Assembly: GCA_036679645.1 (NCBI GenBank) | Contig: JAZDCY010000004.1 | Location: 31,733-95,732 of the forward strand | Source of the DNA: Gemmatimonadota bacterium | GTDB taxonomy: Bacteria; Gemmatimonadota; Gemmatimonadetes; Gemmatimonadales; GWC2-71-9 | Direction of reading: 5' to 3' | Length of the DNA: 64,000 nt | Part shown: piece after piece, positions 48,639 through 57,403 of the stretch | Numbering within the stretch: position 1 is the first letter of the stretch | Layout of the letters: every line of letters begins with the position of its first letter | Notes under the pieces: generated by a model | The model's input: only the letters and a program-made list of their open reading frames with translations | What the model was told of the DNA's origin: nothing | Databases searched by the model: none | Made by a program: the position numbers and the translations under genes

Positions 48639-49337
48639 TTGACAACGCTTAATGGGCTCAACCGCCGCCTTCTGGCATGTCGGGCGTGTCCGCGCCTGGT
48701 CGAGTACCGCGAGCGCATCGGGCGCGACAAGAAGCGTGCGTATGAGGATTGGTCCTACTGGAGTCGGCCGGTACCGGGTTTCGGTGACCCCAGTGCACGA
48801 CTCGTCCTAGTCGGGCTCGCGCCCGGGGCACACGGCTCCAACCGAACCGGTCGCATGTTCACCGGGGACGCGAGCGGCGACTGGTTGTACGACACGTTGC
48901 ATCGATATGGTTTCGCTAACCAGGCGCTCTCCGCCTCGCGCGATGACGGTTTGCATCTCCATGACTGTTACATCACCGCCGCCGTCCGGTGTGCGCCGCC
49001 GGGCAACAAGCCCGTCAAAGCGGAGTTCGACGCGTGCCGCCCATACTTAGTCAAGGAGCTTCAGTTTCTTCACAACACGCGCGTCGTGCTGGGGCTGGGT
49101 CGGATAGGGTTCGATGCCTGGCTCAAGGCTGCCGGATGGTGGACGGCAATGCCGCCCGCCGACAGACCGCGGTTTGCGCATGGGGCCGAGACCACCTTGG
49201 CCGACGGCACGTGCCTGATCGCCTCGTACCATCCGAGTCGGCAGAACACGAACACGGGCACTCTCACCCGCCGCATGTGGCACGCCGTCTTTCGGCGCGC
49301 GCGGCGCCGGCTCGATCTCACCGACTCCACCCCTTGA
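48639..49337 (+). CDS. udgB: Uracil-DNA glycosylase, family 5 (Fe-S)
   Basis: CRACPRL, GLAPGAHGSNRTGRMFTGD, RCAPP.NKP, YHPS. Confidence 0.88.
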   Translation: MTTLNGLNRRLLACRACPRLVEYRERIGRDKKRAYEDWSYWSRPVPGFGDPSARLVLVGLAPGAHGSNRTGRMFTGDASGDWLYDTLHRYGFANQALSASRDDGLHLHDCYITAAVRCAPPGNKPVKAEFDACRPYLVKELQFLHNTRVVLGLGRIGFDAWLKAAGWWTAMPPADRPRFAHGAETTLADGTCLIASYHPSRQNTNTGTLTRRMWHAVFRRARRRLDLTDSTP

Positions 49338-49408
49338 ACCTCAACCCGGAGCCCGTGTAGAATACTCGCTGTAACTGCACGGCCAAACGTCACATACCTG
49401 ATGAAACT

Positions 49409-50362
49409 ATGTCTTTACTCGAGTTAACCGAGGTCACCAAGCGCTTTGGCGCGGTGACGGCGGTGGACGGCGTAAGCTTTTCGGTCGACAGGGGCCAGGT
49501 GGTTGGGTTCCTAGGGCCGAACGGTGCGGGCAAGTCCACCACGATGCGCATGATTACGCAGTTCCTGGAACCGGATGCCGGAGAGCTGCGACTCGACGGC
49601 GTTCCGATTACGGAGGCGGGACGTGCGGCCAAGCGGCGGATCGGCTACCTACCCGAAAACAACCCGCTCTACGCCGAGATGTTGGTGTCGGAATATCTCG
49701 ACTTCATCGTGCGGTTGCGGGACATCCCTGTGCCGGAGCGGGCGAGGGCGACCGACGAGGCCGTAACACAGACGGCCATAGAAAGCGTCTACTACCGTCC
49801 GATCGGTGAGTTGTCGAAGGGATACCGGCAGCGTGTCGGATTCGCGCAGGCGATCATGCATCGGCCGGACCTCTTGGTACTCGACGAGCCGACCGAGGGA
49901 CTGGACCCAAACCAACGCGTGGAGATCCGGCGTCTCATCACGCATCTCGGTGCCGACCGCACGGTCCTGCTCTCGACGCACGTGCTCTCCGAAGTGCTGC
50001 ACACCTGCACGCGGCTGCTGATCATCAATCAGGGGCAGATCGTCGCGGACGGGTCCGTCGATGAGTTGATGGCGCAAGCTGAGGGGTTGGTACGGGTGTC
50101 AGTCGAGGTGGAAGGGGTCAACGTCTCCGATGCCCTGAACGAGTTGGCGGCGGTACACGAGGTCGCGCCGCGTCAGGCACCGGCGGGCCGTGCCGCGTTT
50201 ACGCTCACGGCAGAGAGCGGTGCGGACGTGCGACCGCTCATCTTCGAGTTGGCCCGGACGAACGGCTGGACGCTGTACGAACTACACCAGGAGACCGCTA
50301 GCCTGGAGGACGTCTTCCGCCAACTCACACAGGGAGATGGAAACGACGGGAGGGACGCATGA
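49409..50362 (+). CDS. ABC ATPase, GldA-like
   Basis: GPNGAGKST, LPENNPLY, LSKGYRQRVG, LDEPT.GLDPNQ. Confidence 0.9.
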   Translation: MSLLELTEVTKRFGAVTAVDGVSFSVDRGQVVGFLGPNGAGKSTTMRMITQFLEPDAGELRLDGVPITEAGRAAKRRIGYLPENNPLYAEMLVSEYLDFIVRLRDIPVPERARATDEAVTQTAIESVYYRPIGELSKGYRQRVGFAQAIMHRPDLLVLDEPTEGLDPNQRVEIRRLITHLGADRTVLLSTHVLSEVLHTCTRLLIINQGQIVADGSVDELMAQAEGLVRVSVEVEGVNVSDALNELAAVHEVAPRQAPAGRAAFTLTAESGADVRPLIFELARTNGWTLYELHQETASLEDVFRQLTQGDGNDGRDA

Positions 50363-52587
50363 AGGCGGTGTGGACCATTGCGCAGCGCGAACTGCGTGCG
50401 CTCTTCGATCATCCGACCGGCTACATCCTGCTCATCGTTTTTCTGGCGGTGAACAATTTCCTGTTCTTCCGGCAGGCGTACCTGGTGGGCATTGCCTCGC
50501 TGCGTCCGATGCTCGATCTGCTCCCCTGGTTGCTGCTCTTCCTGATTCCGGCGGTCACGATGCGAATCCTTGCGGAGGACACGCGCACGGGAACGATCGA
50601 GATCGTGTTGGCGCAGCCGATTACCGAATGGGAGCTATTGCTCGGCAAGTACGTAGGCGCGGTGTTGTTCCTGTGGATTGGGTTGGCGGTCACGCTTGCG
50701 GTGCCGATTGGCCTGTCGCTCGGAGCCGATCTACACGTTGGGGTGATCATCGCGCAGTATGTCGGGTCCGCACTGCTCATTGCCGGATTAGCGGCGGTGG
50801 GAACATGGGCGTCGAGCCTCACGCCCAATCAGATCAGCGCGTTCATCCTTGGGGTAGGCGTGATGTTCGTGCTCGTGCTGGTAGGTCTCAGCCCGCTGAT
50901 CGTCGGACTACCTCCGGCTCTGGGCGCTCTGGCCGCCCGGCTGGGTGTACTCACCCATTTCGAGAACATCGGACGCGGGGTCATCGACCTGCGCGACGTC
51001 GTCTATTTCGCGTCACTCGCCGCGGTCTTCCTGGTGCTCGCGTATGCGGCGTTGATGGGCAGGCGGTTCGCGGCCGGCAGCGTGGCACACAACCGTCTGC
51101 GCCTGGGTGCCGCCACGTTGGTCGCGGTTGCGGTCGTTGTGAACCTGCTCGGTCGGTACATCGGTGGGCGGATCGACCTCACGCCGGGGAACGCATACAC
51201 ACTCTCTCCCGCGACCCGGGACCTCGTGCGCAACCTCGACGACCTCGTCACGCTCAAGCTGTTCGTGTCGAAGGACCTTCCGCCCGAGATCGCGCTGCTG
51301 AAACGTGACATCGACGACCTGTTCGCCGACTTGCGCTCGGCGGGTGCGGGAAACGTACGTGTCGTCGAACGCGACCCGGCAAAGGATGAGGATGTCCGGG
51401 AAGAGGCGAGCAATCTTGGGATTCCGCCCATTCGGTTCAACGTGATAGGAGAGGGCGAGCTCCAGATCAAGGAAGGATACATGGGACTGGCAATGCAGTA
51501 CGCGGCGGAGACGGAGACAATTCCGCTGATCCGGCGGACTGACGACCTCGAGTATCGTCTCGCCTCGGCCATACGATCCATGTCACAGGTAGATCAGCCC
51601 TCCGTGGGACTCGTGACGGCTGCCGGCAACCCCATGGCGCCCACCAGCTATCAGGCGCTGCGCCAGCAGCTCTCGCAGGCCTACGATGTTAGCACCGTGC
51701 CGTTCCCCTCGGATTCCCAGCCGAGCGACGACCTCGACGTGCTCGTGATCGCCGGCGAGCCGGACTCGCTGCCCCCCGCGCAGGTCGATCGATTGCGCGC
51801 GTTCTTCGCGCGGGGTGGGAGTGCCTTGATCATGGCGAGCGGTATGACGATCGACGCTCAGCAGCCGTTTGCGTCACCGAGCCCGGTATCGTGGAACGAC
51901 GTCATTGCACCGTACGGCGTGAACGTCCGCTCCGACATGATCTACGACCTGCAGTCCAACGAACGCGTCTCGATGCCGACCAACTTTGGCCGCTTGTACG
52001 TCTCGTATCCGTTGTGGATTCGTGCTCTCACTACGGGGCTGTCGCCGGTCAGCGAGGAGATCGCCAGCATCTTCGTCCCGTGGACCAGCTCGATCGACAC
52101 GGCCGCGGTCGATTCCGGGACGGTCATTACACCGTTGTTCGTCTCGAGTCCTGCGGCGGGCGTCTCGGCGGGGCCGACGTTCCTGGACCCGCAGCGACAG
52201 TTCCCCACCGACAGCCTTGGGCCGCGGCTTGTCGCGGCGATGGTGGTTCCGCCGCCGAATCCGGATACGACCGCACCACACGGGCGGCTGGTGCTGGTTG
52301 GTAACGCGGATTTTGTATCCGACCGCTACGCGCAGCAGGCGCCGGAGAACCTGCTCTTCGTTTTGAATGCCGTCGACTGGCTGGCACAGGACGAAGCGTT
52401 GATACGTATTCGCTCCAAGGACCGCAGGCCACCGGCACTCGTCATGAGCAGTGGAAAACGTGAAACGGTGAAGTACGCCAATCTGATCGGCTTGCCGGTG
52501 CTGGTTGGCCTCTCCGGGCTCGTCCGGCTCCTGCGGCGGCGGCGTAAGACGCGCATGACGTACCGACGGCCGGGACGTGCCGCATGA
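50359..52587 (+). CDS. Fused ABC-2 permease (GldF-like) and GldG-like periplasmic subunit
   Basis: P.VTMR..AE...GTIE, NQI.AF, GVIDLRD, then RIDLT....YTLS..T, LEY, N.VDWL. Confidence 0.85.
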   Translation: MKAVWTIAQRELRALFDHPTGYILLIVFLAVNNFLFFRQAYLVGIASLRPMLDLLPWLLLFLIPAVTMRILAEDTRTGTIEIVLAQPITEWELLLGKYVGAVLFLWIGLAVTLAVPIGLSLGADLHVGVIIAQYVGSALLIAGLAAVGTWASSLTPNQISAFILGVGVMFVLVLVGLSPLIVGLPPALGALAARLGVLTHFENIGRGVIDLRDVVYFASLAAVFLVLAYAALMGRRFAAGSVAHNRLRLGAATLVAVAVVVNLLGRYIGGRIDLTPGNAYTLSPATRDLVRNLDDLVTLKLFVSKDLPPEIALLKRDIDDLFADLRSAGAGNVRVVERDPAKDEDVREEASNLGIPPIRFNVIGEGELQIKEGYMGLAMQYAAETETIPLIRRTDDLEYRLASAIRSMSQVDQPSVGLVTAAGNPMAPTSYQALRQQLSQAYDVSTVPFPSDSQPSDDLDVLVIAGEPDSLPPAQVDRLRAFFARGGSALIMASGMTIDAQQPFASPSPVSWNDVIAPYGVNVRSDMIYDLQSNERVSMPTNFGRLYVSYPLWIRALTTGLSPVSEEIASIFVPWTSSIDTAAVDSGTVITPLFVSSPAAGVSAGPTFLDPQRQFPTDSLGPRLVAAMVVPPPNPDTTAPHGRLVLVGNADFVSDRYAQQAPENLLFVLNAVDWLAQDEALIRIRSKDRRPPALVMSSGKRETVKYANLIGLPVLVGLSGLVRLLRRRRKTRMTYRRPGRAA

Positions 52588-53522
52588 GTCCTACTGCCCT
52601 CAAGCGGGCGGCGATGGCGCTCGTGATACTGGTCGTGTTGTGGGGTGTAGCTGCGCTGCTGCGCGGCTCGGCGAGTGACGAGATCGCGTCGCTGGCATTG
52701 CCCCAACTCACCGCCGCGGATGTGGACCGGATCGTCATCGAGCGCCGCGCCGATACCGTGGACTTGGTGAAGGACGGCGCCACCTGGCAGGTGAACGGTT
52801 GGGAAGCGAGCCAGACGAATGTGGACGAATTGTTCACTGCCCTCGGCGAGGTCAATGACGGGAGCGAGCTCGTGGCCCGAAGCCCAAGTTCGCATGCGCG
52901 GATGGGAGTGGACGCGGCAAGCGGACGTCGCTTCCGGTTCATGCGAGACGACGACACGCTTGCGGACTTCACCGTGGGAGACCGCACGGGTCGCGGCCGG
53001 GGCGGGGCCGGTTTCGTACGGCCGGCGGGTGAGGACAACGTGTATCGCTCCGCTGCCCGGCTCCCCCGTCTGGCCGACCGCGGCGTCGCGGGTTGGCGGG
53101 AACGCCGTATCGCAGCACTTGCCGTCGAGACGGTTACTCTGGTGGACGTCGTGCGGACCGATGGTGCGTACGCGCTGGCGCGCAGCGATAGCGGGCAGTG
53201 GACCGTTGACGGCGCGGCTGCCGACTCGATGGCGGTGATGCGTGTCGTCGGGGCGTTTCGAGACCTGCAGGCAGCGGGCTTCCCGACGCCTGAGCAGGAG
53301 CGCGACTCGGTCGATGTATCGGATCCCTATCGTCGCATCACGCTGCGCACGGGGCCGGCCGATACGCTGCTGTCGCTGGTGTTCGATTCGACCGAAACGG
53401 GCGCGTGGGTGCAACGCACATCCGGCGGCCCGGTGTATCGACTGGATCGGTGGAGGATCGACGCGCTCATGCCGGCAGACAGCACACTACGCGCGCGCGA
53501 GACTACACGTTCTGGCTCCTGA
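52584..53522 (+). CDS. DUF4340-like membrane-anchored protein
   Basis: N-terminal TM segment, two repeated beta-rich halves, WR.R motif. Usual partner of GldG-type ABC systems. Confidence 0.7.
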   Translation: MSPTALKRAAMALVILVVLWGVAALLRGSASDEIASLALPQLTAADVDRIVIERRADTVDLVKDGATWQVNGWEASQTNVDELFTALGEVNDGSELVARSPSSHARMGVDAASGRRFRFMRDDDTLADFTVGDRTGRGRGGAGFVRPAGEDNVYRSAARLPRLADRGVAGWRERRIAALAVETVTLVDVVRTDGAYALARSDSGQWTVDGAAADSMAVMRVVGAFRDLQAAGFPTPEQERDSVDVSDPYRRITLRTGPADTLLSLVFDSTETGAWVQRTSGGPVYRLDRWRIDALMPADSTLRARETTRSGS

Positions 53523-53545
53523 GCGTCTGAGCGTCTGAGCGTCTA
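53519..53545. repeat. Tandem octamer (CTGAGCGT)x3
   Basis: Fills the whole gap between two convergent stop codons. Same unit as at 17745. Confidence 0.85.
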
Positions 53546-53926
53546 GCTGTAAACTCTATCCCATCCCGTCGCCCGACGCGACAGTGCCGCTATCGTGTCC
53601 AGCAACCGATTGGCCGCGATCGGCTTCTCCAGCGTCTCGAGCGCGCCGGCTTCCTTGGCGTACTCGAGCTGCTCGGGGCTCTCACCAGATACGGCGATGA
53701 CCTTCGCGAACTTGTCCAATTGGTGGATCTCGCGAATAGTGAGGATGCCGTTCTTGACCGGCATTGCGAGATCCACGATTACCAGTTCGTGCCGTCCCTG
53801 CTCGAAACGTCGTACCGCCTGCTCCCCGTCCGCTGCATAGCAGACCTCGTGGCCCGCTCCCTCGAGAATCGAACCCATGTGCAGGCGCGCGACCTCGTCG
53901 TCGTCGGCGATCAGAATACGCGCCAT
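53543..53926 (-). CDS. Single-domain response regulator (CheY-like)
   Basis: ILIADDD, DLAMP, SG, KP. Confidence 0.9.
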   Translation of the reverse strand: MARILIADDDEVARLHMGSILEGAGHEVCYAADGEQAVRRFEQGRHELVIVDLAMPVKNGILTIREIHQLDKFAKVIAVSGESPEQLEYAKEAGALETLEKPIAANRLLDTIAALSRRATGWDRVYS

Positions 53927-54000
53927 CGTCGTTCCTGCCTGTAAGTGTACGCTTTCGATGATCGGTATGTGATGGGAGAAACTTGAGGCGTTTTTCAAGC

Positions 54001-54088
54001 AGACGCTCATCGGCACAGGACGCTCAGTTACTCAGACGCTCAGTTACGCAGATGTTTCTTTGCGGGCCCCTGAGCGTCCGTGCGTCCA
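54001..54088. repeat. Octamer (ACGCTCAG) array with an inverted arm
   Basis: AGACGCTC..GGACGCTC AGTTACTC AGACGCTC AGTTACGC ... CTGAGCGT CCGTGCGT. Confidence 0.75.
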
Positions 54089-54089
54089 G

Positions 54090-54473
54090 CTAGTCTCCCA
54101 CGCCCTGCCACCCCGTCGACCGTCTGAGCAGCGCGGCGACGGCCTCCATGAGCTTGTCCGCGGAGAATGGCTTAGCTAGCGTGCGCATCGCGCCGGCCTC
54201 CTGGGCGAGCTCGAGTTGCTCGGGTTCCTTACCGGAGATCGCGATGAGCTTCGCGGCGGGATCCACCTTCAAAATTTCTCGGATGACCTGTACACCGTTC
54301 TTGGCGGGAAGAACCAGGTCGATGATGGCGAGGTCGAACGCACCGCGGTTGTAGAGATCGACCGCCTGCTCGCCGTCGATTGCGAAGCCCGGTTCGTGTC
54401 CGGCGTTCTCGAGCATGCTTCCCAGCACGCGGCGGAAGTTGGCGTCGTCGTCGGCAATGAGTATGCGGGCCAT
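54090..54473 (-). CDS. Single-domain response regulator (paralogue of 53543-53926)
   Basis: ILIADDD, DLVLP, SG, KPF. Confidence 0.9.
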   Translation of the reverse strand: MARILIADDDANFRRVLGSMLENAGHEPGFAIDGEQAVDLYNRGAFDLAIIDLVLPAKNGVQVIREILKVDPAAKLIAISGKEPEQLELAQEAGAMRTLAKPFSADKLMEAVAALLRRSTGWQGVGD

Positions 54474-54570
54474 CGTGACCCTCCCGGAGCTGCTCCCGTG
54501 TCAAGATAGGGATTGGACGGGAGAAGACCAAGAAAAGTACGCGGTGCGCGGTGAGCGAGGGCCCCCTTGC

Positions 54571-54966
54571 CTACTCGCTCGAGAATTCCGCCAATCCCAC
54601 CACCGTGCCGCAGGGTGCGCGCACGGAGAACTCGCGCGAACCGTAGAAGGTCTCGCGCATCGGCTGGACGATCTCTTCGCCTTCCAGCCGCCGCGCCACC
54701 TCGGCCACGTCCGATACCTGGATGAACAGCACGCTCGCCTCGTCCCGCGCTAAGGACGCCATGGCAGGAATGTCGTCCCCGATGCTGGCGTAGGTCTGAT
54801 ACATCACCTCGACCGCATCCCTCTGCACCGCCGCAAACCCGAGCCGGTCGCCATCGGGAACTTCCATGGTGCGTGTGAACCCGAGTTTCTCCGTCCAGAA
54901 CGGCAGGCAAGGCTCGATTGCCTCGACGAAGACTATCGGTGTCAGCGCGCCAATGCGTGAATTCAT
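54571..54966 (-). CDS. VOC/glyoxalase/bleomycin-resistance family protein
   Basis: FW...LGF, ETFYGSREF.VR.P.G. RBS GGAGG. Confidence 0.8.
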   Translation of the reverse strand: MNSRIGALTPIVFVEAIEPCLPFWTEKLGFTRTMEVPDGDRLGFAAVQRDAVEVMYQTYASIGDDIPAMASLARDEASVLFIQVSDVAEVARRLEGEEIVQPMRETFYGSREFSVRAPCGTVVGLAEFSSE

Positions 54967-54981
54967 GAGTCCTCCATACGA

Positions 54982-55095
54982 TCATGGGCAGGTCGAACAC
55001 GTCGCGAGATGCTGTTCCAGGTCGCGTGCCTGCTCAGGATCGAGCGGCTCGACCAACGAATCGACCACGAGGTCGATGGCAACGTCGTGCGTCAT
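54982..55095 (-). CDS. 37-aa zf-HC2 (ZAS) anti-sigma peptide or truncated anti-sigma
   Basis: Manual translation: MTHDVAIDLVVDSLVEPLDPEQARDLEQHLATCSTCP, containing HxxxCxxC. ATGA-coupled to the sigma ORF. Confidence 0.7.
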   Translation of the reverse strand: MTHDVAIDLVVDSLVEPLDPEQARDLEQHLATCSTCP

Positions 55096-55415
55096 GCTTC
55101 CCGCCGCGCATCGCGTTCACTCGATGCGAGATGATCCATGCAGACATTCCGGACGAGGCGATACAACCAGGTGGTGAAACGGGCCCTACCGTCGAAACTT
55201 TTCCCGTACCGCTGGACCCGCAGGAAACTCTCCTGCACCAGGTCGTCAGCGGTCGTCGAGTCTCCGACGTAGCGGAAACAGAGGGCGTGGACCCGATGAT
55301 GATGGCGGGCGAAGAGCGCGCCGAGAGCATCCGGATCGCCGCCCGCGACCTGGCACATCAGGGATTCATCGGCGGGGTCGGGGTCGGTGGATGCCGATGG
55401 GGTGTCGCTCATCAT
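55092..55415 (-). pseudogene. ECF sigma factor containing only region 2 (region 4 absent)
   Basis: D..L...VA.GD..A...LF.RH, ADDLVQESFL, F.TWLYRLVRN.C.D, then a stop after about 107 aa. Confidence 0.7.
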
Positions 55416-55625
55416 CTGATTAGACCAGACTACCCGTCGTACGGTGACATGGGCTGAGGGTGGTCTTGCGTGTGCCTTTCTTGGCGCGATCCGTGCGGGT
55501 TCCTTGGTGGGAGCCACCTGAGGGAATATGAGGGGCCTGGCGCAGACGGATATTGCGGCGTCCGTGTTGCTGGTGCGCCACGGTGTAAGTTGCGCATTCC
55601 CAACAGGTTGAGTTAATCTTCACCA

Positions 55626-55654
55626 TTGACAGCGGTCACTCCGGGGGGCATAGT
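55626..55654 (+). promoter_or_regulatory. Putative sigma70 promoter
   Basis: TTGACA-17 nt-CATAGT. This implies the ORF-track TTG at 55626 is not the true start. Confidence 0.55.
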
Positions 55655-55673
55655 AGCGAGCCCTTCGGTCGGT

Positions 55674-57389
55674 GTGCCCGACGAGGTCCACGCAAGGACC
55701 ACACAACGAGCGTTGCGTTTCGAGATCAACGACAAGTGCGTCGCCTGCCTGGCGTGTGTCCGGGCGTGTCCGGCCGATGCTATCGCGGTCGATGGGGCTG
55801 CCGTCAATATCCTTGACGAAGCCTGCATGCGATCGGGCGCGTGTGTACCCGCGTGCCCGCATGACGCAATCGATGTGCTGGGCGATGTCGCGCAGGCGTA
55901 TGAGCTGGCGCAGGGTGGAGAGGCCGTCCTCATCCTCGCGGTAGAGGCCGGCGCGCACTTCTATCCACGGACCCCCGAACAACTCGTCAACGCCTGTTAC
56001 CGGCTCGGATTCCGCGCCGTGCACCATGGCGTCCTGGGCGATGAGCTGGTGGCCGGCGAGTACCTGCGTCTGTGGGAGGACCCCGACTGGGGCACTATGA
56101 TCCGCTCGACGTGTCCGGTGATCGTCGAACGCATCAGGCAGCATTACCCCGAGTTGGTGCCCTACCTCGCGCCGGTGACCAATCCACTGCGGGCGGAGTC
56201 GGAGTATTTGCGGGGGCTGTACGGCGCGGATACGAAGCTCGCGTACGCTGGCGTGTGTCTTTCCGGCACGGAGGACTGGATCGATGCCACGATTACGTTC
56301 GAGGACCTCGGCCGGCTCCTCGAGGATGCGGGGATCGAGATCGCTGACGAGCCGACGTTCTACCGCCGCATACCCGGTGAGCGGCGCCGGCACCTGAGCA
56401 CGCCGGGCGGGCTTCCCATGCCGATCTTGCGGGAGTCGAATCAGGCGAGCCGGCGGTTTCGCAAGTACAGGGGATTGAACTCACTGGATGCGTTGCGCCA
56501 CGCGGTCGTGGAGGACCGCATCGACCTCGGGTTCGTGGATATCCTGCCGTGTGAAGGGTGCCTGGATCACCCGCTGCTGGGACCCAAGGAGGAGCTGTTT
56601 TGGCGGCGGCGCGTCATCGAGGACGCCGAGCCGCCGCGCAGCGCGTTGCCGGTGATCGATCCCGAGATCCCGGTGGAGGTTACGTCGTCGTTCACGTTCG
56701 CCACCAACGGGTCGGCGCCGGCCGATGGAGAGATCGACGCGGTGCTGCGCCAGATCGGTGCGGCACCCAACGGCATGCCGTGGGATTGCGGATCGTGCGG
56801 GTACGACACCTGCCGGCGGTTCGCACACGCGTTTCTGCGCGGCCGGGCGACGTTGCGGCAGTGTCCGCCGTATCAGGCGAGCCGGGCGGAGCTGGCCGAG
56901 CGGGAGGCGGCGGTCGATGCGTTGACGGGGCTGGCCACGTATCGGGTGTTGCAGGACCGGCTCGAGGCGGAGGTGGCGCGCAGTAGCCGGAGTGGCGAGA
57001 CGTTCGCGATATTGTTCATGGATTTGGACAACTTCAAGTGGATCAACGATACGTACGGCCATCGGGCGGGATCGGACGTACTGCGGGCGGTGGGTGAGGT
57101 ATTGCACGGGGCGGTGCGCACGACGGACGTGGCCGGGCGGTATGGTGGGGACGAGTTCGTCGTTGTGTTGATTCGTACGGACGCGCTCGGCGCGACGCGG
57201 GTGGCCGAGGTCATCCGGAAGCGGGTCGAGAACATCGGCAAGGGGCTGGGCTATGGCGAGCACGCGGTCACGGCCTCGCTGGGCGTGGCGGAGTTCGACC
57301 CCGCGGTGGGTGAGGGCTCGGACGTGCTGGAACGAGCGGACCGAGCGTTGTATCGTGCCAAGGCGCGAGGTGGCAATTGTGTGGCGTGA
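55674..57389 (+). CDS. Diguanylate cyclase with 2x[4Fe-4S], [FeFe]-hydrogenase-like and FeS sensor domains
   Basis: CVACLACVRACP / CMRSGACVPACP, RSTCP, AGVC, DILPCEGC, DCGSCGYDTC..CPP, DALTG, DLDNFK.IND.YGH..G, RTTD-5 aa-GGDEF. Confidence 0.85.
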   Translation: MPDEVHARTTQRALRFEINDKCVACLACVRACPADAIAVDGAAVNILDEACMRSGACVPACPHDAIDVLGDVAQAYELAQGGEAVLILAVEAGAHFYPRTPEQLVNACYRLGFRAVHHGVLGDELVAGEYLRLWEDPDWGTMIRSTCPVIVERIRQHYPELVPYLAPVTNPLRAESEYLRGLYGADTKLAYAGVCLSGTEDWIDATITFEDLGRLLEDAGIEIADEPTFYRRIPGERRRHLSTPGGLPMPILRESNQASRRFRKYRGLNSLDALRHAVVEDRIDLGFVDILPCEGCLDHPLLGPKEELFWRRRVIEDAEPPRSALPVIDPEIPVEVTSSFTFATNGSAPADGEIDAVLRQIGAAPNGMPWDCGSCGYDTCRRFAHAFLRGRATLRQCPPYQASRAELAEREAAVDALTGLATYRVLQDRLEAEVARSSRSGETFAILFMDLDNFKWINDTYGHRAGSDVLRAVGEVLHGAVRTTDVAGRYGGDEFVVVLIRTDALGATRVAEVIRKRVENIGKGLGYGEHAVTASLGVAEFDPAVGEGSDVLERADRALYRAKARGGNCVA

Positions 57390-57403
57390 CCTGATTGCGA
57401 GGA

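Noticed and set aside
49409..52587. Evidence of Bacteroidota-type gliding motility
   Set aside because: GldAFG-like ABC systems are widespread in non-gliding bacteria, and no gldJKLMN or sprB is in the window.
55674..57389. Catalytic [FeFe]-hydrogenase
   Set aside because: Lacks TSCCP and the PCxxKxxE Lys, has no maturases nearby, and carries a GGDEF output.
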